From positions 1-5,670 of the forward strand of contig JBAWVI010000061.1 of assembly GCA_037147375.1 (NCBI GenBank): a stretch of 5,670 nt of DNA, given 5' to 3'. The number at the start of each line of letters is the position of its first letter. The first letter of the stretch is position 1. Made by a program: the position numbers and the translations under genes. Below, one piece after another: positions 5,461 to 5,670 of the stretch. This DNA is from an archaeon (lineage in GTDB: Archaea > Iainarchaeota > Iainarchaeia > Iainarchaeales > CSSED10-239). The notes under the pieces are model-generated. The model saw only the letters and a program-made list of their open reading frames with translations, was not told the DNA's origin and did not search any database.

Positions 5461-5670
5461 TTAATTAAACTTACCTTGGAAGAGTGGATTTCCTCCACCC
5501 TTAATTTCTTTTCCTAGTCTCTTCTCTAATTCCTTCTTAATAGTTTCTATATTTTCTTTTGAAGATGGTCCTTTCCAAATGAAAACATTTCCATTATTAT
5601 TGTAGATTGCTATTATCTTATCTTTTGATTTTTCGCTTGATTGAACTTGCTTGAATACTTTTAAGATTTC
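5461..5670 (-). CDS. Hypothetical protein, C-terminal 69 aa only. The N-terminus runs off the right edge of the window
   Basis: This ORF is absent from the supplied track because it is open at the window edge. Hand translation of the minus strand from 5670 gives EILKVFKQVQSSEKSKDKIIAIYNNNGNVFIWKGPSSKENIETIKKELEKRLGKEIKGGGNPLFQGKFN, ending at TAA (5461..5463). That is 70 codons in frame with no internal stop, in AT-rich DNA. It ends 23 nt before the next start codon. Confidence 0.5.
   Translation of the reverse strand, partial: EILKVFKQVQSSEKSKDKIIAIYNNNGNVFIWKGPSSKENIETIKKELEKRLGKEIKGGGNPLFQGKFN

Noticed and set aside
5461-5670. A gelsolin/ADF-like pattern in the partial ORF (DKIIAIYNNNGNVFIWKGPSSKENIETIKKELEKRL resembles the D-x-F-I-L-D...I-Y-V-W-x-G...helix signature)
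   Set aside because: The resemblance rests on a handful of residues in a truncated, compositionally biased sequence. It cannot be supported without the full ORF and a profile or structure search.

Overview
This is an AT-rich, gene-dense 5.7-kb fragment (by eye roughly 70% A+T, not computed). It looks most like a small-genome archaeon, possibly DPANN-like. Three things support that: an archaeal-type ProRS, a tRNA-Pro with G1:C72/A73 and no encoded CCA, and TATA-like boxes plus oligo-T tracts in the few gaps. I support eight protein genes and one tRNA, with seven of the eight CDS on the minus strand.

Minus-strand order, right to left:
- A three-gene string at 5670..3977: a partial orphan ORF, a 93-aa orphan, and a membrane-anchored tandem-HKD (Nuc-like) phospholipase-D-family phosphodiesterase.
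- A second string at 3470..1: tRNA-Pro(UGG), a 214-aa orphan, a 160-aa orphan, prolyl-tRNA synthetase, and a partial class-1 dihydroorotate dehydrogenase that is missing from the ORF track.

The only plus-strand gene (3631..3918) encodes a small N-terminally anchored protein with 8 Cys in its last 47 residues. It converges on the PLD gene.

The items most worth follow-up:
1. tRNA-Pro sits in cis with its own synthetase. Its 3' end lies 15 nt from the next start codon, which implies a tRNA-mRNA co-transcript. Two lysine-rich orphan genes lie in between.
2. The anchored pseudo-dimeric Nuc-like PLD is co-transcribed with two small orphan proteins and faces the Cys-rich mini-protein.

I saw no CRISPR array, transposase, integrase or rRNA. 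All homology statements come from motif recognition by eye, not from searches.
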